DNA from: an uncultured Alistipes sp.
GTDB lineage: Bacteria; Bacteroidota; Bacteroidia; Bacteroidales; Rikenellaceae
Direction: 5' to 3'
Length of the DNA: 37,672 nt
NCBI GenBank assembly: GCA_949283215.1
Contig: CASDSC010000076.1
Coordinates: 1-37,672 of the forward strand
Below the pieces are notes generated by a model that was not told where the DNA came from, did no database searches, and saw nothing but the letters and a program-made list of their open reading frames with translations. Below, in pieces: positions 37,178 to 37,672 of the stretch (position 1 is the stretch's first letter; every line of letters begins with the position of its first letter). Both the position numbers and the translations under genes were made by a program.

Positions 37178-37672
37178 AGGATGGGGGTTGGCAGTGGCCG
37201 CTTTATTTTGCTTGACTGCTGCCAACGCGCAGAAGTTTCCTGAACGACAGATCATCCGTGCAGGTAATACCACGTTTCGAGAGGGTAACTTCGCTCAAAG
37301 TGAAGTCGATTACCGGAGAGCTCTCGAAAAGAACCCTGCCTCGTTTGAAGCATTGAGTAATCTGGGGGGGGCATTGTATAAGCAGGAGCGTTTTGTCGAA
37401 GCAGATTCGTTATATCGGCAGGCGGTTCAGGGCAGTAATAGTCCCCTCGCTGCATCGCAGACGTTTTACAATACCGGAAATGCCCAGTTTAAACAGCGAA
37501 AATTAGAAGAGGCGATCGAAAGTTACAAGAATGCTTTGCGGATCAATCCGGGTGATATCGAGGCCAAATTCAATTTGGCCTATGCGAAGAAATTGCTCGA
37601 AAAAGATAAAAATGGAGGTGGTGGCGGAGGTGGTAACGATCAGAATCAGGACCAGAATCAAGATCAAAACCA
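37158..37672 (+). CDS. BatC-like TPR protein, 5' partial (continues past the right window edge)
   Basis: Absent from the track because it is open-ended. ATG 37158 overlaps the upstream gene by 20 nt. It reads MKIIRHKGWGLAVAALFCLTAANAQ (signal). TPR-like units follow (FREGNFAQSEVDYRRALEKNPASFEALSNLGGALYKQERFVEA...YNTGNAQFKQRKLEEAIESYKNALRINPGD), then a GGGGGGGNDQNQDQNQDQN tail. Confidence 0.8.
   Translation, partial: MKIIRHKGWGLAVAALFCLTAANAQKFPERQIIRAGNTTFREGNFAQSEVDYRRALEKNPASFEALSNLGGALYKQERFVEADSLYRQAVQGSNSPLAASQTFYNTGNAQFKQRKLEEAIESYKNALRINPGDIEAKFNLAYAKKLLEKDKNGGGGGGGNDQNQDQNQDQN
37364..37371 (+). repeat. G8 homopolymer inside the BatC-like CDS
   Basis: ctGGGGGGGGca at 37364-37371, encoding L-G-G-A. 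Confidence 0.95.
37614..37672 (+). repeat. Low-complexity coding repeat (Gly7 followed by N/D-Q repeats)
   Basis: GGA GGT GGT GGC GGA GGT GGT, then AAC GAT CAG AAT CAG GAC CAG AAT CAA GAT CAA AAC, running to the window edge. Confidence 0.9.

Noticed and set aside
1-37672. By-eye search for CRISPR arrays, IS or transposon ends, integrases, prophage genes, invertible-promoter inverted repeats and abrupt compositional islands
   Set aside because: No regularly spaced direct repeats, no recombinase or transposase-like ORFs, and no long terminal inverted repeats were seen. Composition is fairly uniform apart from AT-rich promoter spacers and the lipoprotein gene. A computational repeat and k-mer scan would be needed to be certain.

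Overview
This is a gene-dense chromosomal segment (about 36 protein-coding genes, roughly 50% GC) that reads as core genome of a Bacteroidota, probably Bacteroidales-like, bacterium. Three things support that placement. The Bacteroidetes -7 promoter motif TAnnTTTG recurs upstream of many genes. The acpP-fabF-rnc gene order is present. A Bat-like MoxR/DUF58/TPR aerotolerance-type operon is present.

Left to right, the window contains:
- a truncated GNAT acetyltransferase
- an orphan DUF4435/Toprim (AriB-like) gene
- yciH, translationally coupled to a 943-aa secreted HExxH + beta-propeller + putative beta-barrel protein
- PBP1A and asd
- a minus-strand block: ndk, rluD, PASTA protein, MqnE-like radical SAM, rpmH, rsmG, ECF-type sigma, membrane GT2
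- tgt and lptF/G
- a minus-strand block: radC, rnc, fabF, acpP
- purN, pepE, yraN, a Crp/Fnr regulator, waaA, rpsO, pnp
- an apparently highly expressed OmpA-like/TPR-like lipoprotein, then deoC
- a minus-strand block: HU-SPOR protein, lgt, MFS transporter
- the start of the Bat-like operon: MoxR, DUF58, a BatD-N/DUF4381-like membrane protein, and a partial BatC-like TPR protein

By eye I found no rRNA, tRNA, CRISPR array, transposase, integrase or obvious island boundary. Two CDSs absent from the ORF track were recovered by hand: rpmH (12768-12923, minus strand) and the edge-truncated GNAT (1-156, minus strand). The open-ended BatC-like gene (37158 to the window end) was also recovered by hand.

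This is mostly ordinary housekeeping DNA, and I see no clear multi-gene novel system. The most defensible candidates for a second look are:
- the stand-alone AriB-like Toprim gene with no ATPase partner
- the unusual 943-aa envelope protein coupled to yciH
- the Bat-like operon, which lacks vWA genes at the expected position
- a degenerate zinc motif in Tgt
- a repeat-bearing hairpin between acpP and fabF

All family assignments come from motif recognition by eye and need HMM or BLAST confirmation.
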